From positions 10,623-74,622 of the forward strand of contig NSIM01000005.1 in assembly GCA_002737705.1 (NCBI GenBank): a DNA stretch of 64,000 nt, read 5' to 3'. This DNA comes from Flavobacteriales bacterium (GTDB taxonomy: Bacteria > Bacteroidota > Bacteroidia > NS11-12g > UBA955). The notes below the pieces were generated by a model. It worked only from the letters and a program-made list of their open reading frames with translations, did not search any database and had not been told where the DNA came from. Below, piece after piece: positions 8,878-20,198 of the stretch (positions are counted from its first letter, which is position 1; each line of letters begins with the position of its first letter). The position numbers were made by a program, and so were the translations under genes.

Positions 8878-9519
8878 CTATTTTAGAACCAACTTATAAT
8901 CGCCGCCTTGGTTGGGTGGATACTTACCAAATTCCTCCAAGGTTATCCAGACATTACCACTCGGGTCTTGATTGTATTCTTTTTCGGTGCGGTAGATTTT
9001 GCCATTATAACCAATGTATCCGTGTCGTGTCGGGGCAATAAAAGTTGGATCCTTAGGTATGGGTAGCGGGTAATATTCTCCAACCTTTTTGATGCCTCGT
9101 TTACCCAATCCAACTCCCAATTTTAGACCAAACTGGTCTGCTGCATCTTGGTCTTGTGTTGCCACAATTCCGTTGCCAAAGATAAATTGAAATTCATCGA
9201 AAGAGGAAATATTGCCATCGTCAAAGAAAGTCAATATAGAAGGTTGATCCCCAGTGGGTTCTCCCCAATTGCCACAAAGACTATCAGGAAATAAGTTGGG
9301 GTATTCTGCTTTCGGGGTTTCTAAGACACCTTTGCCGTCTATGGATACTGCTTTTTCTGATTTAATCCCATTTTTAACGGGTGCTTTAACAGTGGTAACT
9401 GCATTCCTCTGCTGACCAAAAACAAATGACGGATTGCCAAAAGCAAACAGAAACAAAATAAATAACTGTGCGAAATGTGGGCCGAAAGGCCGTTGAAGGA
9501 TGATTGATTTGTTTTTCAT
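8878..9519 (-). CDS. secreted hypothetical protein
   Basis: 213 aa with an N-terminal signal peptide. A copy of the 74-bp repeat lies immediately 5' of it. Confidence 0.5.
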   Translation of the reverse strand: MKNKSIILQRPFGPHFAQLFILFLFAFGNPSFVFGQQRNAVTTVKAPVKNGIKSEKAVSIDGKGVLETPKAEYPNLFPDSLCGNWGEPTGDQPSILTFFDDGNISSFDEFQFIFGNGIVATQDQDAADQFGLKLGVGLGKRGIKKVGEYYPLPIPKDPTFIAPTRHGYIGYNGKIYRTEKEYNQDPSGNVWITLEEFGKYPPNQGGDYKLVLK

Positions 9520-9533
9520 TACACTATGTATTA

Positions 9534-9607
9534 AACAATAAAACTACCTCCTACGGTCAGTGATTTAAAATTACTGCTGAGAGGTGGTATTGTTCATTTC
9601 ATAGTGC
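9534..9607. repeat. 74-bp perfect direct repeat, copy 1
   Basis: Identical over 74 bp to 11524..11597. It sits 15 nt 5' of the start of gene 8878..9519. Confidence 0.9.
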
Positions 9608-9670
9608 TTGATATTATGTGTAACGGAAAAATATATGCCAATATTTTATTTAATTGTTAAACTATTACCA

Positions 9671-11521
9671 CTAGTTAAAAGAATAGTATTTGGTCAGCCA
9701 TTTATCATACACACAGAATTGTATATCTCCCAATGGAAACTCCTTGTTTGGATATTTCTTAAATTCTTCTATACTGCATTTTAACTGCCCGCGTAAGTAC
9801 ATAACATGATTCTCGATGGTAATATCTGAAAAAGCACATTGGTAGTAAACTGCTTCCTCGCCGGAAATGCGCTCTTGAGAAATGGTTAATTCGGGTATTC
9901 TACCATAGAAATTACCAATGGCGGCTTTCCATAAGTCTGTGTTTTTGAACACTGTATCCATTCCTGGTTGGAAGTTAAATGTTTGCTTGCTTTGTTGCGC
10001 AAGTATAAAATCATAAAATTGTGGCAGATAGGGTTGATGGATTCGATTGAGAATTGTTTTGGTGGATAAAATCATTTTTGTTCTGTCTGACTTGGTCATT
10101 TTCACAAATTCGAACTCAATATCATCATTCACAAACCTGACATTGCTTCGCGGTATTGTTGTGTGCACTGAAATTTGGTTCACACCCGGCGAGAGTTCGA
10201 TATTTTTGGCATGATTCATTTCTACCCCATTGATTAATATTTTACAATCGGATACACCCTCAGAATACACGTAAAAAGTTAAGATATTGTCTTGGGTAAT
10301 GTTTATATTGTTCATTGGACCCAAATACTGTGTGTTAAGACCCATGTGTTTGGTCACCGGTGATGTAAAACAATGGCGCATCTTATTGAAATACAATTGT
10401 GTAAAACGGAATAATTCATTCTTTGGAAAATGGTCTTCCGCAAAAATTTTTGGATCTCCAAGAAAATACTTGTCAAACCACATGAATTCTCCCTCTGTAT
10501 TATTGGAATCATCGGGGCGATCAATCCATGTCACATCCAATAACCTCCATTGATGATTGATTTTAACCAAATTCCAAGCGTGATTGGTTCCTATTTTTTC
10601 AATGTGTCTTTGCCAACTATTGTTGTCGGCATACCCAACAATAGTGATGCAAGGAAGGTTTATCCCTATACAGAATTGCTCAATAAAATCGGCATACCCC
10701 TGACACACTGTTCTTTTTTGATGGAACACCTCATCTGGCTTGATTGGGCCGCTGAGGTCATATCTGAAATTTCTAACCATCCATCTGCACAACGCTAAAA
10801 TTCTCAATGAGTCATCAGATATACCGGTGGTCAGGTCTATTGCCAATTTTTTAATTGCCTTGAGGTCTTCGGGATTTAAATTCTGGTAATATTTGGGTTG
10901 CATCCTCACTTGATACATACTATCGGCACATTTTCCCGCCCTCATCAAAAAATTGGGGTCATATTGAACAATGGCATTTAAAAAACGACTGTTATGACGC
11001 ACAGGTTGAACAACATAATTATTCTTTATCAACTGGCGATGAATATACTTTTGATTTACCACCATAGAGCGATGACTCACAGCATTTTGCGTGGCCAATT
11101 GCCCACTATCGGTGATTAATTTTAACTTGTACCGGCCATTGATGTCTGTAATTTGACCATCACGATAAATAAATTTTAGTTTATCAAATGGCCTAAATCC
11201 ATTTTTGAGTCCGTAGCTATTAAAATGTATTATAGTCTTTAAGGTGTTTTTTGTGAACTTAAAAGACCCACTATCCATGGAATTGTTATAAGAACTCCTT
11301 TTAATTAAGGCATAATGCTGGTTGGGATACAAAATCAGAAAGTAACCACTTTTTGATGATTTGTAATAAAAATATACTTCTTTTTTTACCAGTTCTTCAA
11401 ATTGTAAAGTCTGAGAATTGACATTCCCATAGATACAAAATGGTAAGAGGATGATTAATGGTGAACATAAAATCCAACTTTTAAAATGGGCAAATGATTG
11501 GCTAAACACGGTTCTAAACAA
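9671..11521 (-). CDS. secreted transglutaminase-like cysteine protease superfamily protein
   Basis: The catalytic triad motifs appear in order: CQGYADF (Cys), NHAWNLV (His), LDVTWID (Asp). A signal-like N-terminus is present. The start is probably the TTG at 11521. Confidence 0.7.
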   Translation of the reverse strand: MFRTVFSQSFAHFKSWILCSPLIILLPFCIYGNVNSQTLQFEELVKKEVYFYYKSSKSGYFLILYPNQHYALIKRSSYNNSMDSGSFKFTKNTLKTIIHFNSYGLKNGFRPFDKLKFIYRDGQITDINGRYKLKLITDSGQLATQNAVSHRSMVVNQKYIHRQLIKNNYVVQPVRHNSRFLNAIVQYDPNFLMRAGKCADSMYQVRMQPKYYQNLNPEDLKAIKKLAIDLTTGISDDSLRILALCRWMVRNFRYDLSGPIKPDEVFHQKRTVCQGYADFIEQFCIGINLPCITIVGYADNNSWQRHIEKIGTNHAWNLVKINHQWRLLDVTWIDRPDDSNNTEGEFMWFDKYFLGDPKIFAEDHFPKNELFRFTQLYFNKMRHCFTSPVTKHMGLNTQYLGPMNNINITQDNILTFYVYSEGVSDCKILINGVEMNHAKNIELSPGVNQISVHTTIPRSNVRFVNDDIEFEFVKMTKSDRTKMILSTKTILNRIHQPYLPQFYDFILAQQSKQTFNFQPGMDTVFKNTDLWKAAIGNFYGRIPELTISQERISGEEAVYYQCAFSDITIENHVMYLRGQLKCSIEEFKKYPNKEFPLGDIQFCVYDKWLTKYYSFN

Positions 11522-11523
11522 TT

Positions 11524-11597
11524 AACAATAAAACTACCTCCTACGGTCAGTGATTTAAAATTACTGCTGAGAGGTGGTATTGTTCATTTCATAGTGC
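11524..11597. repeat. 74-bp perfect direct repeat, copy 2
   Basis: Identical to 9534..9607. It lies immediately 5' of the transglutaminase-like gene start. Confidence 0.9.
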
Positions 11598-11916
11598 CAG
11601 CGTTTAACCCATAACGAAAACACACAAGTAAATATTTGAAATCAAATAATATAAAACGAGCCTCACAAAAAAATATGAACCATTGCCTGTCGTACTTCAG
11701 AGTTTCGTAGACACCAAAATTAACTATTGAAAGTAAATTTTAATGCTTCGTAGGCTATTTTTACTTCAAAAGTTATCGGAGAATTTATAGTCCTTTAGCG
11801 TTTCTATGTAAGATGCGCCCCCATTTGCAAATCTTGAATATGCCGATGGTGTTTTGATTGAAATTGACGACCATTATAAGTTTGTATTATATTAATTCTA
11901 AATATAAACATCCACA

Positions 11917-13359
11917 TTATTTTTTTGTCGGTATTGATTCATTGTGCGGAATAAGATCCTTGCAAAGGATGGTGAGTGCTTGATTGAGTGCAATGCAATC
12001 GGCGGCGGCGTTACTTAGGTGAGGTGTTACTCTCACTCCACGAACAATCGGATGGTTGATGCCCACAGTAAAAATAGTAAACTTTGTCATGAGTATTGAA
12101 GAGAGTTCTGTGGGGGTATAACCGTCTATTGCGGCAGTAGCAATGGCGCCGCCCCGTGAAAAAGGAAATAACGGTGATTGTAGTTTAAAATTATCAAAGT
12201 TGCTTAAGTCGTGAACCGCATTCATATTTTGTTGGTATTCGGGGTCACTGAATATACCCAGACTTTTACCAAAGGTTTCCAAGGCCACTTTGTTTCCTAT
12301 CCAAAGCAACTTCAGATAAAGCAGTCGATTGTATTTTGAAGTTGCACCAAGTAGTTGATGAAATGCTATGGCTTTGGAGATGGTTTGTAGTGAATTAATG
12401 GGTCGGGTACCTTGGTGTTCATACTTGCGAATATTGTCTTTTTCCATACCAATATCGCCCATGAGTGGCCAAATTTCTCGAATGAGACTTCTTTTTACAT
12501 ATAAAAAACCTACTCCAATGGGATTGCATAGCCATTTGTGTAGGCTGCCGCCGATGATATCGGCGCCTGCGTTCGACAATTCACTTAGATTCATGGGCAT
12601 GTGCGCTAAACTGTGAGCAGCATCTACAACTACCCACAGATTGGGTTGCTTTTGTTTGGCTTCTCGAACAATGGCTTGCACCGGTATGAGATGTCCATTG
12701 AGATTAATCATGTGGGTCACATGCAACATTTTTGTTCTCGCCGTAATTTGTTGCACATATGCTTGGATAATGTCTTGATCGGATGCAGGGTAAAGGGATA
12801 TTTGTGCCACTTTTATCACAATGCCCCAACGTGCCGCAGCTTGTTGAAAAGCTTCAACCATGGATCCATAGTCTTGATCGCCAATGATAACTTCGTCGCC
12901 CAACTGCCAGTGTGTACCCATGATGATGGTATTGAGGCTTTCGGTTGTGTTGCGGGTGAAGGCCACTTCCTCGACATCCCAACCCTGAAATCCGGCAAAT
13001 ATATTGCGAGCATCCTCAATTGCTTTACTCTGTTCCGAGCGCATGAAGAAGCTTGACTGAGTATTAATGCGGGATTCTGCCTCGCCGTGATAGTCTAAAG
13101 TTGCAATGGGTTGGTGGCTAAAATAGCCATTTTCTAAATTGATAAATCCTTGGGGCCGATTAAAATTTTTTGCTACCACACCCCAATATGATTCACTGTG
13201 AGGCAACGATTCAACGGTTTTTTTGGGTATAAAAAACCCCATCCCCTTATTGGATTTTTTTTGTATAGGTTTTGGTTTAGAAAACAATGATTGTGCGGGA
13301 AGTACAAAGCTTACCAAAGCAGTGCTGCCGAAGGCTTGAATGAACTGTTTGCGTTTCAC
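11917..13359 (-). CDS. class V aminotransferase-fold PLP-dependent enzyme with an N-terminal export signal
   Basis: The SLHKW motif is consistent with a PLP-binding Lys. Fold-type I patterns are present. The N-terminus MKRKQFIQAFGSTALVSFVLPAQSLFS looks like a Tat or Sec signal. Confidence 0.65.
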   Translation of the reverse strand: MKRKQFIQAFGSTALVSFVLPAQSLFSKPKPIQKKSNKGMGFFIPKKTVESLPHSESYWGVVAKNFNRPQGFINLENGYFSHQPIATLDYHGEAESRINTQSSFFMRSEQSKAIEDARNIFAGFQGWDVEEVAFTRNTTESLNTIIMGTHWQLGDEVIIGDQDYGSMVEAFQQAAARWGIVIKVAQISLYPASDQDIIQAYVQQITARTKMLHVTHMINLNGHLIPVQAIVREAKQKQPNLWVVVDAAHSLAHMPMNLSELSNAGADIIGGSLHKWLCNPIGVGFLYVKRSLIREIWPLMGDIGMEKDNIRKYEHQGTRPINSLQTISKAIAFHQLLGATSKYNRLLYLKLLWIGNKVALETFGKSLGIFSDPEYQQNMNAVHDLSNFDNFKLQSPLFPFSRGGAIATAAIDGYTPTELSSILMTKFTIFTVGINHPIVRGVRVTPHLSNAAADCIALNQALTILCKDLIPHNESIPTKK

Positions 13360-13657
13360 ACAGGCAAGATAACGAAATTTAAGGTTTTATTGGGTTTTGA
13401 TATTGCGCCATCGTCCCGCAAATCGATAGACCGCAGGATTGAATTTCCTTGGAGCCCACTGCATACTTTTTCTGCAATAAGAGCCACTTCAGTGACGCAA
13501 AACACCCCTTTAACATTGGTGTAAGTTGTAACGAACCGAAAAGAATAATACCCCAAACAATAAAATGGTGATTTTGCAATTGCGCTGCATAATCGAAAGA
13601 TTTCAATTTCAATTTTAATTGTAAATATGGTATTGAGTTCCTAATTTCGTGCTACAC

Positions 13658-14149
13658 ATGAAAAAAATATTTCTCAAGTTGTTTGCCTATGCTCCACTTG
13701 TTTTTGCAGCATTCACTTTATTTACATTGGGCGCTTGTAAAAAAGAAAAATCCCCTGTAGAAGTTCCGACCACATCGGAGCTGATTTGTGGCAATTATTG
13801 GCAATTATATTCTATGCCCATCGAACCTCCCTTGGATTTAATTGGAGGGGTTAAGCTGACCGACTACTTCACGCAAACCTTGAATGACTGTGATAAAGAC
13901 AACTACGTCAAGTACAGGGATAACAACAATCTAAAGACGTATGTTAATTATGCGGGTATTTTAAAATGCGATCCTTTGGATAAAGATTCTACCATTGGGG
14001 TCTGGTCACTGAGCGCTGACGGTAAAATAATTGAACAAGACGGCGAAAAATTAAAATTGATTTTGATTGACAACAAAAACATGCATATTCAGATGGATAA
14101 TTTTATGCTGAACTCGAGCATTACCTTTAAATTCAAAAAAAAGATTTAA
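13658..14149 (+). CDS. hypothetical lipoprotein
   Basis: MKKIFLKLFAYAPLVFAAFTLFTLGAC is a signal peptide with a lipobox Cys. The ORF extends to 13649 with an alternative Met. Confidence 0.5.
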   Translation: MKKIFLKLFAYAPLVFAAFTLFTLGACKKEKSPVEVPTTSELICGNYWQLYSMPIEPPLDLIGGVKLTDYFTQTLNDCDKDNYVKYRDNNNLKTYVNYAGILKCDPLDKDSTIGVWSLSADGKIIEQDGEKLKLILIDNKNMHIQMDNFMLNSSITFKFKKKI

Positions 14150-14258
14150 GTCAAAAAAATAATCGAAAAAAATCGATCAGACTGATTCGGTCACTGGGTT
14201 AGGATTGCCTCACTGCGCTCGGCTTTCCGCTACGGTTTGGTCCTGCAATAGAAAACCA

Positions 14259-14284
14259 CAACGCTGCCGCGTTGCCTTTTTTTG
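14259..14284 (+). terminator. intrinsic terminator hairpin inside repeat unit 1
   Basis: CAACGC-tgcc-GCGTTG followed by CCTTTTTTTG. It lies downstream of the lipoprotein gene ending at 14149. Confidence 0.5.
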
Positions 14285-14396
14285 CGCCCATCTCTCACTC
14301 GCCTTCTTTGAAGGCTGAATCGATTCGGGCACTGGGTTAGGATTGCCTCACTGCGCTCGGCTTTCCGCTACGGTTTGGTCCTGCAATAGAAAACCA

Positions 14397-14421
14397 CAAC
14401 GCTACCGCGTTGCCTTTTTTT
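14397..14421 (+). terminator. intrinsic terminator hairpin inside repeat unit 2
   Basis: CAACGC-tacc-GCGTTG followed by CCTTTTTTTG. Confidence 0.5.
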
Positions 14422-14512
14422 GCGCCCATCTCTCACTCGCCTTCTTTGAAGGCTGAATCGATTCGGGCACAAAAAAAGCCTCAACTTTCGTTCAGGCCTT
14501 TGCTCTTGATCG

Positions 14513-14586
14513 TGCACTTGTAGGGATTCGAACCCCAAACCTTCTGATCCGTAGTCAGATGCTCTATCCAATTGAGCTACAAATGC
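14513..14586 (-). tRNA. tRNA-Arg (anticodon ACG)
   Basis: Cloverleaf read by hand on the minus strand. Acceptor GCATTTG / CAAGTGC. D-stem GCTC / GAGC. Anticodon stem TCTGA / TCAGA with loop CTACGGA. T-loop GGTTCGAATCC. CCA is not encoded. Confidence 0.8.
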
Positions 14587-14742
14587 AATTTTTACAATTT
14601 AAATATGGGTTGCAAATATAGAAAGAATTGTTTTATAACACATCTTGAATCGTTAAAGAATTTCTGTCTCGAGAATCATAGTGCGTGATAAAATACCTTT
14701 CCAAAAATCGAAAAAAAATGTCTTAAATTGCATCACAATTCT

Positions 14743-17358
14743 ATGAAAAAAACTTTATTGTCATTGCTCATTATTGCTGTATTAAGTGCTCCGGCATTCG
14801 GCAACAAACCCCCCAAAAAGAAAAAAGGGGCTGTCTCTCTTTCAACAGAAACAAAAGCCAACGAAAAATCAAAGGAAGCCATTCCCTCAATTGAGAGTAA
14901 AACAAAAAATTGCACCCGTCTCGATGGGCTTTTTACCCTCTTTCAAGATAGTGCTGATGGCAAATTATACCTTATGGTGAATGCAAAACAACTCAATACC
15001 GAGTTTATCCACTTCGCCTATACCGAAAATGGGGTGATTGATGCAGGCCTTTACCGAGGTCAGTACCGGGATTCCCGTATTTTTACCATCACCAAATTCT
15101 ATGGCAACCTCGAATTCAGCCAAATCAACACCCATTATTATTTCGAACCCAATAGCCCCCTAGCCAAAGGCCAACAAGCAAACATTTCCAATGCGCCCCT
15201 GGCTTTTGAAAAAATCATTGCCGAAAACAAAAAAACCGGCGACTACCTTGTCGATGCCGATGAACTTTTCCTCACCGAAAAACTTCACCAAATTAAAGAA
15301 GGAGGCAGACCCGGCAGCGAAGGATTTAAATTAGGCAGCCTAGCCAAAGGAAAAACGCAATACATCAAAATAAAAAACTACCCGGAAAACAGCGATTTGG
15401 TGGTACGATACGTATATGACAATCCGGCTCCTTCCGGAGGTGGAGAAGACATCGCCGACCCAAGATCAGTATCAATTGAATTGCAACACAGCATCTTATC
15501 AGCCCCAAAAAATAATTTCAAACCCCGTTATGATGACCCAAGGGTGGGATATTTCTCAGACCAAGTAAACGACATGACATCTATTAATGTTACCAATTAT
15601 CGCGACGTGATTCACCGTTGGGACTTGCAAAAAAAGGACACTACAGCCCTGTTGTCAGAACCCGTAAAGCCGATCGTTTGGTGGATTGAAAATACCACAC
15701 CTTTGGAATACCGCCAAACCATCAAAAAAGCAGCCCTGCAATGGAATAAAGCGTTCGAGCCCATAGGATTTTTAAATGCCGTTCAAGTATTTGAACAGCC
15801 CGATACTGCCAAATGGGATGCCGGAGATATTCGCTACAATGTATTGCGATGGACATCCTCCCCAAACCCCCCTTTCGGTGGGTATGGGCCTAGCTTTACA
15901 AACCCCCGTACAGGTGAAATTTTAGGGGCTGACATAATGTTTGAGTACATCTACCTCACCAACCGATACCGCACCCAAAAATTGTTTAAAACCGATGGAG
16001 GACAAGCGCTAAGACCTTCCGAAATCATAGAAAATAGCCAAAAAGAATTGAACGAAAATAGTATCAACTCCCTGCCTTTTCAAGGGTGCTATGCCGCCGA
16101 TTGCCTGCACAACGAGCACCTGTTTGCCAGTACTCTCTTGGCTGCACAAAACGCCAGCGAAGTCGAAAAAAGTCGTTTGATTAACGAATCCATCTATTAC
16201 CTCGTGCTGCACGAAATGGGGCATACTATGGGTCTCATGCACAATATGAAAGCATCACAGCTCCATACCCCTGCTGAACTGAGCGATCCTTCTCTAACCT
16301 ACAAAACCGGATTGATTGGCTCAGTGATGGATTACCCCGCAATCAACCTCAACAAAACAAAAAACAATGTACAATACTGCCAGACCGAACCTGGTCCATA
16401 CGATCTCTGGGCCATTGAATTCGGTTACAGCCAAGCCCTGGGAAACCCCACCGCCGAAGCCGAAAGAATGAGGGGGATTCTCGAAAAATGCCTCGACCCA
16501 AAACTTGTATTTGGCAATGATGCCGACGACATGAGGGCAGCTGGCAAGGGCATTGACCCCCGTGTAATGGTCAATGACTTGTCGAACGATGCCATAGGTT
16601 ACGGAATTGATCGCATTGAAATGACCCAGGATTTGATGAAGAATTTGCGGAATACACATACCGAGGGAGAAATAAGCTACCAAGCAATGCTTGGAGCCTT
16701 TGCTTCTCTCAGCAGTGCTTATGCCTCAATGGTGGGAATTATGAGCCGCTATATAGGAGGGTTATATGTTAACAGAGCCTTCCCCAACCAAGTAAATGCT
16801 CCCCAACCCTACGAACCCGTCCCCTATTTCCAACAAAAGCGAGCAATGGAAAGTTTGGCCAAATACGCGTTTGCACCCAATGCAATGGAAGTGCCAGCCG
16901 AAATTATTCCGTATTTGCAACAACAACGTCGTGGTTTTGGATTTTTTGCAAAAGAAGAAGACCCCAAATTGTTAAACAGAGTTTCACGCATGCAAGCTGA
17001 GGTTTTGGCTCATTTGCTCAATCCCAAAACCTTGATGCGCATTTCGGACACCAAAGAATATGGAAACCGATATGGCCTGAGCGAAATGATGGGTGCACTC
17101 ACCAATGCCATTTTCAACGATGACCTCAAAGGAAGTGTAACAAATCACCGCATGGTTTTGCAAGAAATGTATTTAGAAACCCTATTGTCGGGTGCCTTAT
17201 CCGTTTCGAAAAATCCTTACGATGCCGTTTCAAAAGCTGCCATGTACGGAGAAATTGTTCGCATTCATGAAGTATTGAAAGCCAACCCAGGTGTATCTGA
17301 AACAAAATCACACCGCACTTTGTTATTGAAATCCATCGAAAAAGCACAAAATAATTAA
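14743..17358 (+). CDS. secreted zinc-dependent metalloprotease (met-zincin; Bacteroidota ~850-aa family)
   Basis: Signal peptide MKKTLLSLLIIAVLSAPAFG. The HEXXH zinc-binding motif is VLHEMGHTMGLMHN. Confidence 0.75.
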   Translation: MKKTLLSLLIIAVLSAPAFGNKPPKKKKGAVSLSTETKANEKSKEAIPSIESKTKNCTRLDGLFTLFQDSADGKLYLMVNAKQLNTEFIHFAYTENGVIDAGLYRGQYRDSRIFTITKFYGNLEFSQINTHYYFEPNSPLAKGQQANISNAPLAFEKIIAENKKTGDYLVDADELFLTEKLHQIKEGGRPGSEGFKLGSLAKGKTQYIKIKNYPENSDLVVRYVYDNPAPSGGGEDIADPRSVSIELQHSILSAPKNNFKPRYDDPRVGYFSDQVNDMTSINVTNYRDVIHRWDLQKKDTTALLSEPVKPIVWWIENTTPLEYRQTIKKAALQWNKAFEPIGFLNAVQVFEQPDTAKWDAGDIRYNVLRWTSSPNPPFGGYGPSFTNPRTGEILGADIMFEYIYLTNRYRTQKLFKTDGGQALRPSEIIENSQKELNENSINSLPFQGCYAADCLHNEHLFASTLLAAQNASEVEKSRLINESIYYLVLHEMGHTMGLMHNMKASQLHTPAELSDPSLTYKTGLIGSVMDYPAINLNKTKNNVQYCQTEPGPYDLWAIEFGYSQALGNPTAEAERMRGILEKCLDPKLVFGNDADDMRAAGKGIDPRVMVNDLSNDAIGYGIDRIEMTQDLMKNLRNTHTEGEISYQAMLGAFASLSSAYASMVGIMSRYIGGLYVNRAFPNQVNAPQPYEPVPYFQQKRAMESLAKYAFAPNAMEVPAEIIPYLQQQRRGFGFFAKEEDPKLLNRVSRMQAEVLAHLLNPKTLMRISDTKEYGNRYGLSEMMGALTNAIFNDDLKGSVTNHRMVLQEMYLETLLSGALSVSKNPYDAVSKAAMYGEIVRIHEVLKANPGVSETKSHRTLLLKSIEKAQNN

Positions 17359-17362
17359 TGCA

Positions 17363-17737
17363 ATGAGCCCCAACAAAATCATAGGTATAGGCTGCTTGAT
17401 GCTCTCAGTGTCGATTGCCATGGGCGCCATGGGAGCCCATGGCTTGGAAGGAACTATATCTCAGAAATATTTCAATATTTGGCATACTGCTTCCTTGTAT
17501 TTTGCACTAAACGCCATCGCACTGATGGCCTTTAGCCCGTTTATAACAAGCAGCAATGGAATGCCCATGCATTTAATCCTTACAGGCAGCTTTATCTTTA
17601 GTTGTGCGTTGTGGTTATTGGCTTTGAACGAACTCATTACACCTGGTTTGAAAAAACTCGGTGCCATCACACCCATAGGAGGTGCCATGATGATAATCGG
17701 CTGGGCCCTTTTGGGGATTAAACAACTCAGAAAATAG
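17363..17737 (+). CDS. DUF423 (YgdD/TMEM256-like) small membrane protein
   Basis: 124 aa with 4 TM helices and an AMGAHGL motif. Confidence 0.55.
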   Translation: MSPNKIIGIGCLMLSVSIAMGAMGAHGLEGTISQKYFNIWHTASLYFALNAIALMAFSPFITSSNGMPMHLILTGSFIFSCALWLLALNELITPGLKKLGAITPIGGAMMIIGWALLGIKQLRK

Positions 17738-17798
17738 GCAAGCTCGCCCTCCACTAATAATGGAATTCTACACTACCAGCAGGTGGAGTCTATACTCT

Positions 17799-18539
17799 TT
17801 ATGGCTGTGGGGGCGGAATGTATTGTAATTCTTCTGCGCTTGGCTTTTTGCCAGGCTTTACATTGATTAAATCTACTTCCAATACAGTAATACCGTACAT
17901 ATCCTCGAAGGTACCAGCCATTTTAGCCAGACTTGGAAATTCTGTATTGGAAATATACACCTCAAATGTCCCACCCGAAGCGGTCTTTTGAAACGACTCC
18001 TCCAATGGTGGCAGGTTAAGGCTTGCTATGTTTCCGACAAATGGCTTATTTTCTTTGCGGTTATTTTGAAATACCTTGCCCTTGCTATTTTTGATGACAA
18101 AGTAACAAGTTATTGTATCATAGGCTTGGGGTATTCCGCCACTTCCCTTTTTCACTTCTTTGTAAAAGCCTTTGGATGCGAGCGGACTCACCCCTGGCTC
18201 CTTGCTCAACTTGGCCAAAAAATCATTGGTTGCCTTCTGTAATAGTTTGATTTTTTTTGATTGGACTCCCTGTGCATAGTCCTGATAAACCTTTCCCATC
18301 ATCTCTTGTTTAATGTCATAACCACTGTCCTTGGCGAATCCATCTTTTAATCCCTTGATAAAGCTACCGAAATCAATGGCATCAATGCCATTTTGCTTCA
18401 TGCGTTGGGATGTCTCATACCCAGATACATAACTAAATGAGTCTTCCGACGTTTTTAAACTCTTGTTGGTGTTGATTTCACCACAGCCAGCCAAAATTCC
18501 TAAGGCCAAAGCCGACATATATAATTCTTGCTTTTTCAT
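17799..18539 (-). CDS. FKBP-type peptidyl-prolyl isomerase-like lipoprotein (FkpA/Mip architecture, possibly degenerate)
   Basis: Lipobox LAGC. An N-terminal Mip-like helical domain is followed by a C-terminal segment whose pattern resembles the FKBP domain. Confidence 0.5.
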   Translation of the reverse strand: MKKQELYMSALALGILAGCGEINTNKSLKTSEDSFSYVSGYETSQRMKQNGIDAIDFGSFIKGLKDGFAKDSGYDIKQEMMGKVYQDYAQGVQSKKIKLLQKATNDFLAKLSKEPGVSPLASKGFYKEVKKGSGGIPQAYDTITCYFVIKNSKGKVFQNNRKENKPFVGNIASLNLPPLEESFQKTASGGTFEVYISNTEFPSLAKMAGTFEDMYGITVLEVDLINVKPGKKPSAEELQYIPPPQP

Positions 18540-18541
18540 AT

Positions 18542-20164
<1,623 letters not shown>

Positions 20165-20198
20165 TTAATGAAAAATAAAGATGCGAAGTTAAGACTTA

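Larger units (their letters stand above)
14184..14470. repeat. 138-bp tandem repeat, 2.1 copies, about 98% identical
   Basis: The units start at 14184 and 14322, and a third unit of 13 bp starts at 14458. Only 2 mismatches separate the full copies. Confidence 0.9.

Noticed and set aside
12613-13056. 147-aa plus-strand ORF
   Set aside because: It lies entirely antisense within the well-supported aminotransferase gene and is Cys/His-rich and of low complexity.
14184-14470. Tandem repeat as an att-site duplication from integration at the tRNA
   Set aside because: The unit shares no sequence with the tRNA-Arg 3' end, and no integrase is visible. A local minisatellite is more likely.
14368-14571. 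67-aa minus-strand ORF
   Set aside because: It spans the tandem repeat and the tRNA-Arg gene, so it is an artefact of the repeat.
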